DNA from: Malacoraja senta
Taxonomy: Eukaryota
Assembly: GCA_038087875.1 (NCBI GenBank)
Contig: JAXLNO010000600.1
Span: 1 to 64,000 of the forward strand
Direction: 5' to 3'
Length of the DNA stretch: 64,000 bases
Positions 37,250 to 49,451 of this stretch are shown here, piece after piece. The position numbers and the translations under genes were made by a program. The first letter of the stretch is position 1; each line of letters opens with the position of its first letter. The notes under the pieces are model-generated. The model had not been told where the DNA came from, did not search any database, and saw only the letters and a program-made list of their open reading frames with translations.

Positions 37250-37950
37250 ATCCCGTTTATGGTGGAGAGGGTCAAAAACTTCAAATTCCTGGGCGTGCAC
37301 ATTTCCGAAGATCTTTCCTGGTCCCAGCACAGTGATGCAATTATAAAGAGGGCACATCGACGCCTCTACTTCCTGAGAAGATTAAGGAGAGTCGGTAAGT
37401 CAAGGAGGACTCCCTTGAACTTCTACAGTAGAGAGCATGCTGACCGGTTGCATCGTGGCCTGGTTCGGCAACTTGAACGTCCAGGAGCAGAAAAAACTGC
37501 AGAAAGTTGTGACCACTGCCCAGTCATCATCGGCTCTGACCTCCCCACCATTGAAGGGATCTATCGCAGTCGCTGCTTCAAAAAAGGCAGCCACCATCAT
37601 CAAAGACCCACACCATCCTGGCCACACACTCATCTCACCACTGCCATCGGGAAGAAGGTACAGGAGCCTGAAACGGTAACATCCAGGTTCAGGAACAGCT
37701 TCTTCCCCACAGCATCAGGCTATTAAACACAACATCAAATAAGCTCTGAACAATAACAGTCTATTATTACTATTGCACTTTATCTGATTATTTATTGTGT
37801 ATATATATATGGTCTATGGTCCATAGACACACTGAATGTTTATCTCATGTTCTGTATTGTGTTTGCATATTCTGTTGTGCTGCAGCAAGGAAGAATTTCA
37901 TTGTCCTATCTGGGACGCATGACAATAAAACTCTCTTGACTTGACTCTTG
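37250..37950 (+). mobile_element. Rex1/Babar-type LINE 3' fragment
   Basis: VERVKNFKFLGVHISEDLSW...RLYFLRRL...GCIVAWFGN...IIKDPHHPGH; gacaataaa plus cttga tail. Related copies at 14406-14785 (+) and 49790-50210 (-). Confidence 0.8.
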
Positions 37951-40154
37951 ACTCGGAGAAAACCCACGCAGTCACGGTGAGGACGTACAAACTCCGTACA
38001 GACAGCACCCGTAGTCAGGATCGAACTGGGTCACTGGCGCTGTGAGGCAGCAGCTCTAACCGCTGTGCCACCGTCTATTGTTGTAAACCAGCACCTGCAG
38101 TTCCTTGTGTCTACATCCTCCATCCTCTACCTGTTTATGTGCCTGTCCACAAGCCTCTTAAACACCACTATCGTATCTGCCTCCACCACCACCCCTGGCA
38201 GCGCATTCCAGGCGCCCACAACCTCCCTGTATTAAATAAAACATGCCCCGCACAGCGTGGCTACTGCCTTACGGCCCCAGAGACGCGAGTTCCATCCTGA
38301 CTACGGGCGCAACGGTAGAGTTGCTGTCTCACAGCGCCAGAGACCCGGTTCGATCCCGATCTCAGGTCTTGTCAGCACAGAGATCTCCCTGTGACCTGCG
38401 TGGGTTTTCGTCAAGATCTTCGTTTTCCCTGCACTCCAAAGACGTCCAGGTTTGTAGGTTTATTGGTGTGGTTTAAATGTAAAATTGTGCCTTGTGTGTG
38501 TAATGTGCAGGGATCGCTGGTCGGTGCGGACTCGGTGGGCCGAAGGACCTGTTTCCACACTGTGTCTCTGAACACTAAAGTATATAGACAATAGGTGCAG
38601 GAGTAGGCCACTCGACCCCTCTAGCCAGCACGGCCATTCAATGTGATCAAGGCTGATCATCCACAATCAGTACCCCGTTCCTGCCTTCTCCCATATCCCC
38701 TGACTCCGCTATCTTTAAGAGCCCTGTCTAGCTCTCTCTCGAAAATATCCACAGAACTGGCCTCCACTGCCCTCTGAGGCAGAGAATTCACAAACTCACA
38801 ACTCTCTGTGTGAAAACGTTTTTCCCTCGTCTCCGTTCTAAATGGTTTATTCCTTATTCTTAAACTGTGGCCCCTGGGTCTGGACTCCCCCAACATCGGG
38901 AACATGTTTCCTGTCTCTTGCGTGTCCAAACCCTCAATAATCTTATATGTTTCAATAGATCCCCTCTCGGGATGGCGGGACTGACATATGATGAATGAAT
39001 GGATTGACTGGGCTTGTATTCACTGGAATTTAGAAGGATGAGAGGATATCTTATGGAAACATATAAAATTCTTAAAGGATTGAATAGGCTAGATTCAGGA
39101 AAAAAAATCCCGATGATGGGGAGTCCAGAACCAGGGGGTCACAGTTTAAGAATAAGGGGTCGGCCATTTAGGACTGAGATGAGGAAAAACCTCTTCACCC
39201 AGAGTTGTGAATCTGTGGAATTCCCTGCCACAGAAGGCAGTGGAGGCCGATTCACTGGATGTTTTCAAGGGAGAGTTAGATTTAGCTCTTAGGGCTAAAG
39301 GAATCAAGGGATATGGGGAAAAAACTGGAACGGGGTTCTGATTCTGGATGATCAGCCATGATCATATTGAATGGCAGTGCTGGCTCGAAGGGCTGAATGG
39401 CCTACTCCTGCACCTATTGTCTATGTTTCTATGTTTACTTTTGCATTTCTTTGTTCATTCCTGTCCCTCTGTTTCACTGCCCGGTGACGGGTGGGAGATT
39501 GCAACCTTCACGTGGTCCACCCTGTTTCGACTAATGCAATCAACCCGACGTGCACAAACAAGATCAAATAGAACAAGTTGAACCACAACTCTAGGCATGA
39601 TCATATTGAATGGCGGTGCTGGCTCGAAGGGCCGAATGGCCTACGCCTGCACCTATTTTTTCTGCTTCTCCAATTTGCGTTGGGCCTCTCTCTAACAGTG
39701 GAGGAGGCCCAGGACAATAAGGTCATCGTGGGAATGGGAGTTAAAGTGTTTGGCATCCGGGAGATCGCCCATTCCTTCTCTCCAGAGAAGCTGCCTGTCC
39801 TGCTGAGTTACTCCAGATTTTTGTGTCTTTCTTCGGTGTAAAACCAGCATCTGCCGTTCCCTCCTACTTATTTTATCTAATCCCATCTGTGCTTCTCATG
39901 TTATATACTTCCAAAGAGCTGATGCAAGTATGTAAAACCTTGCAGGACATCTTGAGACGAAGCACCAATCAATCCCAAATATTCCACACAGATCGCCAGG
40001 CTCAGTCAGGTCCTTGGCTAATGTGTCTGTGCTTATCGTCAACAAAATATACTTCAAATATTTAGACTTACTCTTGTTACAAGAATATATAAATATATAT
40101 GATACGCAACTAATCATCAGCTCAGGATGTTTTAACACCCAACTCCCCACATAG

Positions 40155-40525
40155 CACCACCACCGTCCACGACCACCACCACCACCGCCCACGACCACCA
40201 CCACCGCCATCCACGACCACCACCACCACCACCACCGCCCACGACCACCACCGCCCACGACCACCACCACCACCATCCACGACCACCACCACCACCGACC
40301 ACGACCACCACCACCACCGACCACGACCACCACCACCACCGTCCACGACCACCACCACCACCACCGACCACGACCACCACCGCCCACGCCCACCACCACC
40401 ACCGCCCACGCCCACCACCACCACCCACGACCACCACCACCGTCCACGACCACCACCACCGTCCACGACCACCACCACCACCACCGACCACGACCACCAC
40501 CACCACCACCCACGACCACCATCAC
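40155..40525. repeat. (CCA)n-CGA/CGT simple satellite, reverse complement of the 43.4-48.4 kb array
   Basis: accaccaccgtccacgaccacc units. Confidence 0.95.
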
Positions 40526-41086
40526 AAAGTTGAAATTATATTTGGTTCTTCACACCTCAACCTTTGAGTGGGGCTCATGTTGTCGATCTCCCCGTGGTGA
40601 GCCCTGTCAACTGACCTCAGTCAGACGAGCGACAACAAAAGAGACAGCAGCAGCGCCGCAGCTTGTCGCCAACCAACCATGCGCCCTTTATAGGGCGGGC
40701 ACCTACGGATGTCGAACCGGATGGCATCATCCTGCTGCAGACTTCTGCTGCCTCAAACGCAAGAAGTGGAACCTTTGTGCCAGTCCAATATCTACCTACA
40801 ACTTAAAGTCATGTATGTTTCTGCTCCAGAAGCACCCAAGATAGGTTCAGTTTAGTTTATCGTCACGTGTACCGAGGTACAGTGAAAAGCTTTTGTTGCG
40901 TGCTAACCAGTCAGCGGAAAGACAATACATGATTACTATTTGAAGAAGGGTCTCGACCCGAAACGTCACCAATTCCTTCGCTCCATAGATGCTGCCTCAC
41001 CCGCTGAGTTTCTCCAGCATTTTTGTCTACATGTTTACTATCGATTATTTTACAATGTATAGATACATGATAAGGGATTAATGTTT

Positions 41087-41335
41087 GCTGGAGTAACTCT
41101 CAGGCAGCATCTGTGGAGAACATGGATAGTTGACGTTTCACAGAGTGCTGGAGTAACTCAGCGGGTCAGGCAGCATCTCTGGAGAACATGGATAGGTGAC
41201 GTTTCACAGAGTGCTGGAGTAACTCAGCGGGTCAGGCAGCATCTCTGGAGAACATGGATAGGTGACGTTTCACAGAGTGTTGGAGTAACAGCGGGTTAGG
41301 CAGCATCTGTGGAGAACATGGATACGTGACTTTTC
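41087..41335. repeat. 66-bp minisatellite (~3.8 copies) derived from a Penelope end
   Basis: cagagtg recurs at 41141, 41207, 41273. Confidence 0.9.
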
Positions 41336-42644
41336 GGATTGCATCCCTTAGTCAGACAGTCTCCAGTCTTAAAGAGGGTTTCCGACCCGAAACGTCACCT
41401 ATCCGTGTTCTCCAGAGATGCTGCCCGGTCCACTGAGTTACTCCAGCACTTTGTGTCTTTCTTTGTAAACCAGCATCTGCAATTCCTTCCTACACATTTT
41501 GTCGGGGCCAGTGTGCACTGATGCCTCGCGTAATATTCGATGTCCATTACACCACAGGAGATCATAGAAGCAGTCCTAAGCAAGGCAATTGGAGCAATAT
41601 CTGGAGAGATGTGTTGCTTACGGGAGTGTTCATGTCCATAAGTCATAGGAGCAGAATTAGGCCATTGGGCCCATCAAGACTACCACACACCCACATCAAT
41701 CACCCACATACTTCCTGTAATGAGCATGACATGTGTGAGCAGAGATAGGTCCAATATTGAGCAAAGCTCGCGGCACACTGTCCCGTCAAACACTCCCAAA
41801 CCAGGTACTCCTGGAGGAGCTACAGGGAGAGGTTGAGTAGGCAGAGTGCATTCCTTGGAGCGCAGGAGGATGAGGGGTGATCTTATAGAGGTGTATAAAT
41901 CATGAGTGGAATAAATCGGGTAGATGCACAGAGTCTCTTGCCCAGAGTAGGGGAATCGAGGACCAGAGGACGTAGGTTTATGGTGCAGGGGAAAAGATTT
42001 AATAGGAATCTGAGGGGTAACTTTTTCCACACAGAGGGTGATGGGTGTATGGAACGAGCTGCCAGAGGAGGTAGTTGAGGCTGGGACTATCCCAACGTTT
42101 AAGAAACAGTTAGACAGGTGCATGGACAGGACAGGTTTGGAGGGATATGGACCAAACGCAGGCAGGTGGGACTAGTGTAGCTGGGACATGTTGGCCAGTG
42201 TGGGCAAGTTGGGCCGAAGGGCCTGTTTCTAGACTGTATCACTTCATGACCACCTGCACTGTGTTCCCTTTGATCTAGCATTGAGATCCCCAGTGTCAAT
42301 GAAAGCTGGAAGGGGAAAGTCAATAGACAATAGGTGCAGGAGTAGGCCATTCGGCCCTTCGAACCAGCACCGCCATTCAATGTGATCATGGCTGATCATC
42401 CCCAATCAGTACCCCGTTCTTGCCCTCTCCACATATCCCCTGACTCCGCTATCTTTAAGAACCCTATCTAGCTCTCTCTTGAAAGTATCCAGAGAACCGG
42501 CCTCCACCGCCCTCTGAGGCAGAGAATTCCACAGACTCACAACTCTCTGTGAAAAAGTGTTTCCTCGTCTCCGTTCTAAATGGCTTACCCCTTATTCTTA
42601 AACTGTGGCCCCTGGTTCTGCACTTCCCCAACATCGGGAACAAA

Positions 42645-43288
42645 TCAGCAGCTGTGAACTGTCCACGAACATACCTCCCACGCCCTCGGAAAGCGCTCCA
42701 ATCGTCTTCCTGAGAAGGCTTAGGAAGTTCGGCACGCCCCCTACAACTCTCACCAATTTATACAGATACGCTGCAGAAAATATTTTATCGGGATGCATCA
42801 CAGCACGGTTTGGGAACAGCTCCATCCAAGACCCGCAAGAAATCGCAGAGAGTTGTGGACGCAGCCCAGACCATCACACAAACCAACCTCCCTTCCATCG
42901 ACTCCATCCACACCTCACGCTGCCTCGGCAAGGCCAGCAGCATAATCAAGGACCAGTCTCACCCCGGTCACTCCCTCTTCTCCCCTCTCCCATCGGGCAA
43001 GGGGTACAGAAGTGTGAAAACGCACACCTCCAGATTCAAGGGACAGTTTCTTCCCGGCTGTTATCAGGCAACTGAACCGTCCTCTCACCAACTAGAGAGC
43101 GGTCCTGACTTCCCATCTACCTCATTGCAATACAGGACTATGTATTGCACTAAACATTATTCCCTTTATCATGTGTCTGTACACTGCGGACGGCTCGATT
43201 GTAATCATGTATTGCCTCTCCGCTGACTGGTAAGCGCACAACTAAAAGCTTTTCAACGTACCTCGGTACACGTGACAATAAACTAAAG
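42645..43288 (+). mobile_element. Rex1/Babar-type LINE 3' fragment
   Basis: FLRRLRKFG...ENILSGCITARFGN; ends gtacacgtgacaataaactaaa; the same end is at 41-137. Confidence 0.75.
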
Positions 43289-43366
43289 TTCCGCGATCGA
43301 CTTGGGAAGTGGGTCACGGCGACTTTGGTGCACGGAAGCAGAGGAGCGGCTGCTGGAGGTGACGGA

Positions 43367-46300
43367 TGGTGGTGTTGGTGGTGGTCGTGGACGGCGGTGG
43401 TGGTGGTGGTGGTCGTGGACGGTGGTGGTGTGGGTCGTGGACGGTGGTGGTGGTGGTGGTGGTGGTCGTGGACGGTGGTGGTGGTGGTCGTGGACGGTGA
43501 TGGTGGTGGTCGTGGACGGTGGTGGTGGTGGTGGTCGTGGACGGTGGTGGTCGTGGACGGTGGTGGTGGTGGTGGTGGTGGTCGTGGACGGTGGTGGTGG
43601 TCATGGACAGTGGTGGTGGTGGTGGTGGACAGTGGTGGTGGTGGAGGTCGTGGGCGGTGGTGGTGGTCGTGGACGACGGTGGTGGTGGTCGTGGACAGTG
43701 GTGGTGATGGTCGTGGACGGTGGTGGTGCTCGTGAACGGTGGTGGTGGTCGTGGACGGTGCTGGTGGTCGTGTGCGGTGCTGGTGGTAGTGGACGGTGGT
43801 GGTGGTGGTGAACGGTGGTGGTGGCCGTGAACAGTGGTGGTGGTCGTGAACGGTGGTGGTGGTCGTGGACGGTGGCGGTGGTGGTGGTCGTGGACGGTGG
43901 CGGTGGTGGTGGTCGTGGACGGTGGTGGTGGTCGTGAACGGTGGTGGTGGTGGTGGTGTTCGTGAACGGTGGTGGTGGTCGTGGGCGTTGGTGGTGGTGG
44001 TCGTGGACGGTGGTGGTGGTCGTGGATGGTGGTGGTGGTCGTGGGCGGTGGTCGTGGGCGGTGGTGGTGGTGGTCGTGGACGGTGATGGTGGTGGTCGTG
44101 GACGGTGGTGGTGGTGGTGGTCGTGGACGGTGGTGGTCGTGGGCGTTGGTGGTGGTGGTCGTGGACGGTGGTGGTGGTCGTGGATGGTGGTGGTGGTCGT
44201 GGGCGGTGGTCGTGGGCGGTGGTGGTGATGGTTGTCGTGGTGGTGGTGGTGGTGGTCGTGGGTGGTGGTGGTGGTGATGGTGGTGGTGGCCGTGAACAGT
44301 GGTGGTGGTCGTGAACGGTGGTGGTGGTCGTGGACGGTGGCGGTGGTGGTGGTCGTGGACGGTGGCGGTGGTGGTGGTCGTGGACGGTGGTGGTGGTCGT
44401 GAACGGTGGTGGTGGTGGTGGTGTTCGTGAACGGTGGTGGTGGTCGTGGGCGTTGTGGTGGTGGTCGTGGACGGTGGTGGTGGTCGTGGATGGTGGTGGT
44501 GGTCGTGGGCGGTGGTCGTGGGCGGTGGTGGTGGTGGTGGTGTTCGTGAACGGTGGTGGTGGTCGTGGGCGTTGGTGGTGGTGGTCGTGGACGGTGGTGG
44601 TGGTCGTGGATGGTGGTGGTGGTCGTGGGCGGTGGTCGTGGGCGGTGGTGGTGGTGGTCGTGGACGGTGATGGTGGTGGTCGTGGACGGTGGTGGTGGTG
44701 GTGGTCGTGGACGGTGGTGGTCGTGGGCGTTGGTGGTGGTGGTCGTGGACGGTGGTGGTGGTCGTGGATGGTGGTGGTGGTCGTGGGCGGTGGTCGTGGG
44801 CGGTGGTGGTGATGGTTGTCGTGGGTGGTGGTGGTGGTGGTCGTGGGTGGTGGTGGTGGTGATGGTGGTGGTCGTGACGGTGGTGGTGGTCATGGACAGT
44901 GGTGGTGGTGGTGGTGGACAGTGGTGGTGGTGGAGGTCGTGGGCGGTGGTGGTGGTCGTGGACGGCGGTGGTGGTGGTCGTGGACAGTGGTGGTGATGGT
45001 CGTGGACGTGGTGGTGCTCGTGAACGGTGGTGGTGGTCGTGGACGGTGCTGGTGGTCGTGTGCGGTGCTGGTGGTAGTGGACGGTGGTGGTGGTGGTGAA
45101 CGGTGGTGGTGGCCGTGAACAGTGGTGGTGGTCGTGACGGTGGTGGTGGTCGTGGACGGTGGCGGTGGTGGTGGTCGTGGACGGTGGCGGTGGTGGTGGT
45201 CGTGGACGGTGGTGGTGGTCGTGAACGGTGGTGGTGGTGGTGGTCGTGAACGGTGGTGGTGGTCGTGGGCGTTGTGGTGGTGGTCGTGGACGGTGGTGGT
45301 GGTCGTGGATGGTGGTGGTGGTCGTGGGCGGTGGTCGTGGGCGGTGGTGGTGGTGGTCGTGGACGGTGATGGTGGTGGTGGACAGTGGTGGTGGTGGTGG
45401 TGGACAGTGGTGGTGGTTGAGGTCGTGGTCAATGGCGGTGGTGGTGGTGGTGGTGGTCGTGGACGGTGGTGGTCGTGGACGGTGGTGGTGGTGGTCGGTG
45501 GTGGTGGTGGTCGTGGACGGTGGTGGTGGTCGTGGACAGTGGTGGTGGTGGTGGTGGACAGTGGTGGTGGTTGAGGTCGTGGTCAATGGTGGTGGTCGTG
45601 GACGGCGGTGGTGGTGGTCGTGGACAGTGGTGGTGATGGTCGTGGACGGTGGTGGTGCTCGTGAACGGTGGTGGTGGTCGTGGACGGTGCTGGTGGTCGT
45701 GTGCGGTGCTGGTGGTAGTGGACGGTGGTGGTGGTGGTGACGGTGGTGGTGGTCGTGAACAGTGGTGGTGGTCGTGAACGGTGGTGGTGGTCGTGGACGG
45801 TGGCGGTGGTGGTGGACGGTGGCGGTGGTGGTGGTCGTGGACGGTGGTGGTGGTCGTGAACGGTGGTGGTGGTGGTGGTGTTCGTGAACGGTGGTGGTGG
45901 TCGTGGGCGTTGGTGGTGGTGGTCGTGGACGGTGGTGGTGGTCGTGGATGGTGGTGGTGGTCGTGGGCGGTGGTCGTGGGCGGTGGTGGTGATGGTTGTC
46001 GTGGGTGGTGGTGGTGGTGGTCGTGGGTGGTGGTGGTGGTGATGGTGGTCGTGGGTGGTGGTGGAGCACGGTGGTGGTGGACGGTGGTGGTGGTCGTGGG
46101 TGGTGGNNNNNNNNNNNNNNNNNNNNNNNNNNNNNNNNNNNNNNNNNNNNNNNNNNNNNNNNNNNNNNNNNNNNNNNNNNNNNNNNNNNNNNNNNNNNNN
46201 NNNNNNNNNNNNNNNNNNNNNNNNNNNNNNNNNNNNNNNNNNNNNNNNNNNNNNNNNNNNNNNNNNNNNNNNNNNNNNNNNNNNNNNNNNNNNNNNNNNN

Positions 46301-48397
46301 NNNNNNGTGGACGGCGGTGGTGGTGGTCGTGGACAGTGGTGGTGATGGTCGTGGACGGTGGTGGTGCTCGTGAACGGTGGTGGTGGTCGTGGACGGTGCT
46401 GGTGGCCGTGTGCGGTGCTGGTGGTAGTGGACGGTGGTGGTGGTGGTGAACGGTGGTGGTGGTCGTGAACAGTGGTGGTGGTCGTGAACGGTGGTGGTGG
46501 TCGTGGACGGTGGCGGTGGTGGTGGTCGTGGACGGTGGCGGTGGTGGTGGTCGTGGACGGTGGTGGTGGTCGTGAACGGTGGTGGTGGTGGTGGTGTTCG
46601 TGAACGGTGGTGGTGGTCGTGGGCGTTGGTGGTGGTGGTCGTGGACGGTGGTGGTGGTCGTGGATGGTGGTGGTGGTCGTGGGCGGTGGTCGTGGGCGGT
46701 GGTGGTGATGGTTGTCGTGGGTGGTGGTGGTGGTGGTCGTGGGTGGTGGTGGTGGTGATGGTGGTGGTCGTGGACGGTGGTGGTGGTCATGGACAGTGGT
46801 GGTGGTGGTGGTGGACAGTGGTGGTGGTGGAGGTCGTGGGCGGTGGTGGTGGTCGTGGACGGCGGTGGTGGTGGTCGTGGACAGTGGTGGTGATGGTCGT
46901 GGACGGTGGTGGTGCTCGTGAACGGTGGTGGTGGTCGTGGACGGTGCTGGTGGTCGTGTGCGGTGCTGGTGGTAGTGGACGGTGGTGGTGGTGGTGAACG
47001 GTGGTGGTGGCCGTGAACAGTGGTGGTGGTCGTGAACGGTGGTGGTGGTCGTGGACGGTGGCGGTGGTGGTGGTCGTGGACGGTGGCGGTGGTGGTGGTC
47101 GTGGACGGTGGTGGTGGTCGTGAACGGTGGTGGTGGTGGTGGTGTTCGTGAACGGTGGTGGTGGTCGTGGGCGTTGTGGTGGTGGTCGTGGACGGTGGTG
47201 GTGGTCGTGGATGGTGGTGGTGGTCGTGGGCGGTGGTCGTGGGCGGTGGTGGTGGTGGTCGTGGACGGTGATGGTGGTGGTGGACAGTGGTGGTGGTGGT
47301 GGTGGACAGTGGTGGTGGTTGAGGTCGTGGTCAATGGCGGTGGTGGTGGTGGTGGTGGTCGTGGACGGTGGTGGTCGTGGATGGTGGTGGTGGTGGTCGG
47401 TGGTGGTGGTGGTCGTGGACGGTGGTGGTGGTCGTGGACAGTGGTGGTGGTGGTGGTGGACAGTGGTGGTGGTTGAGGTCGTGGTCAATGGTGGTGGTCG
47501 TGGACGGCGGTGGTGGTGGTCGTGGACAGTGGTGGTGATGGTCGTGGACGGTGGTGGTGCTCGTGAACGGTGGTGGTGGTCGTGGACGGTGCTGGTGGTC
47601 GTGTGCGGTGCTGGTGGTAGTGGACGGTGGTGGTGGTGGTGAACGGTGGTGGTGGTCGTGAACAGTGGTGGTGGTCGTGAACGGTGGTGGTGGTCGTGGA
47701 CGGTGGCGGTGGTGGTGGTCGTGGACGGTGGCGGTGGTGGTGGTCGTGGACGGTGGTGGTGGTCGTGAACGGTGGTGGTGGTGGTGGTGTTCGTGAACGG
47801 TGGTGGTGGTCGTGGGCGTTGGTGGTGGTGGTCGTGGACGGTGGTGGTGGTCGTGGATGGTGGTGGTGGTCGTGGGCGGTGGTCGTGGGCGGTGGTGGTG
47901 ATGGTTGTCGTGGGTGGTGGTGGTGGTGGTCGTGGGTGGTGGTGGTGGTGATGGTGGTCGTGGGTGGTGGTGGACGGTGGTGGTGGACGGTGGTGGTGGT
48001 CGTGGGTGGTGGTGGTGGTGGTCGTGGGCAGTGGTGGTGGTGGTGGTCGTGGACGGTGGTGGTGGTGGTCGTGGACAGTGGTGGTGGTGGTGGACGGTGG
48101 TGGTGGTCGTGGGCGGTGGTGGTGGTCGTGGGCGGTGGCGGTGGTCGTGGACGGGGGTGCTGATGGTCAGTGGTGGTGGTCGTGGGCGGTGGTGGTGGTG
48201 GTCGTGGACAGTGGTGGTGGTGGTGGTCGTGGACGGTGGTGGTCGTGGATGGTGGTGGTGGTGGTCGTGGACGGTAGTGGTCATGGATGGTGGTGGTGGT
48301 GGTCGTGGACGGTGGTGGTCGTGGACGGTGGTGGTGGTGGTCGTGGACGGTGGTGGTCATGGATGGTGGTGGTGGTCGTGGACAGGGGTGTTGGTGG
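43367..48397. repeat. (GGT)n-CGTGGAC satellite with higher-order structure, spanning a gap
   Basis: Variable (ggt)n runs broken by cgtggac, cgtgaac or cgtgggc; recurring marker variants. Confidence 0.97.
46107..46306. other. Assembly gap (200 N) inside satellite
   Basis: Run of N. Confidence 1.
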
Positions 48398-48854
48398 AGG
48401 CGGCCGCGGGAGGCCCTACATCAGCCGGGCGGACGAGTGGATGGAGCGCAGCACAGGGCAGCGGTGGAAGGAGCGAACATTGGGCATGGCGCCCCTACTT
48501 CACCCACCCAATGCCGCCGCCACACCCGGCCTTAACGTGAAGAAATAACGAACCGCACATCTCCTTGGGCCAAGATTGGACGTTTCAGAGACTCGGAAGA
48601 TGCAAGATGGCGTCGGAACGTGGCGACTCTCTGCGTGTGTTCCCACAGGAGGATCTATTGTACTCATGTGGGGAATGCTTTGACAGGATAGCACGCAGAA
48701 CAAGTTTCTCACTGTATCTCCCACACACGTGACAATAAATAAACCATCGAACTGCTTAAATTAAACCTCACATCGGGAAGATGTCTTGGAAATCCGGTCA
48801 AAGCTGCATCAGGTTTCTTTTTGAAATCAAAAGCAAAAAAATAAAATGAATCAT

Positions 48855-48860
48855 TTTATT
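48855..48860 (-). promoter_or_regulatory. Putative AAMP polyadenylation signal AATAAA
   Basis: tttatt on + about 125 nt after the AAMP stop, followed on - by T-rich sequence. Confidence 0.6.
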
Positions 48861-48983
48861 TTTCTTTGATAAGTCAGTGAGGAAGGGCCATCGTGCCTAT
48901 TGTCCCGGCATTGATCAGCTGCCCCAGGGCTGCTGCAGCAGCAGTGTCTGTGCGTGGGGTGTGAAGGGGACGAGTCAAGCTGC

Positions 48984-49059
48984 CTACCGATCCGGTCGCT
49001 GGAGGCAAAACACCTTGGCTGTCCGGTCACCTGAAGCGCTGACGATCACAGAGGCGTCC
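48984..49059 (-). CDS. AAMP: AAMP terminal coding exon
   Basis: (K)DASVIVSASGDRTAKVFCLQRPDR*, matching the AAMP C-terminus; cag acceptor; TAG at 48984-48986. Confidence 0.95.
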
Positions 49060-49328
49060 CTGCCAGGAGTAAAAAACAAACTGTTACTCACAGGGGATCT
49101 GTGCAGTTTACAGCAAATAGTCAGTCATACGAATAGGTGACGTATTGGCTCGAGACCCTTCATCGGACTGAAAGTCATGGAGGGGGACCAAGGAAGATAG
49201 GAGTTGTTGTTTTTTTGGGGGGGGGTGGGGGTGGGGGGGGGTGTAAATATGTGTGTAATACACACACATATTTAACTTCAGACAGCCCTTGCTTTCTCTC
49301 TCCAGAAAGAAGAGAGAAAGCAAGGGGA

Positions 49329-49451
49329 CAGACAGACAGACAGACAGACAGACAGAGACAGACAGACAGAGACAGACAGACAGAGAGAGAGAGACACCCA
49401 CACACACACACACACACACACACGCACGCACGCACGCGCACACACACACAG
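49329..49451. repeat. Compound microsatellite (GACA)n(GA)n(CA)n
   Basis: Seen directly. Confidence 0.95.

Noticed and set aside
43760..43790. Chi-like GCTGGTGG octamers in the satellite
   Set aside because: One substitution away from (GGT)n; expected by chance.
25144..46106. Contig mis-orientation as the simple cause of GPBAR1 strand
   Set aside because: The satellite has the same polarity on both sides of the second gap, and the missing ARPC2 exons were not found on the contig's minus strand; not fully excluded.
43302..48548. Long His/Pro/Thr-rich and Gly/Val/Trp-rich ORFs (up to 822 aa)
   Set aside because: Translations of a stop-poor satellite; units are not multiples of 3, the same peptide cycles through all frames, and some ORFs cross the N gap.
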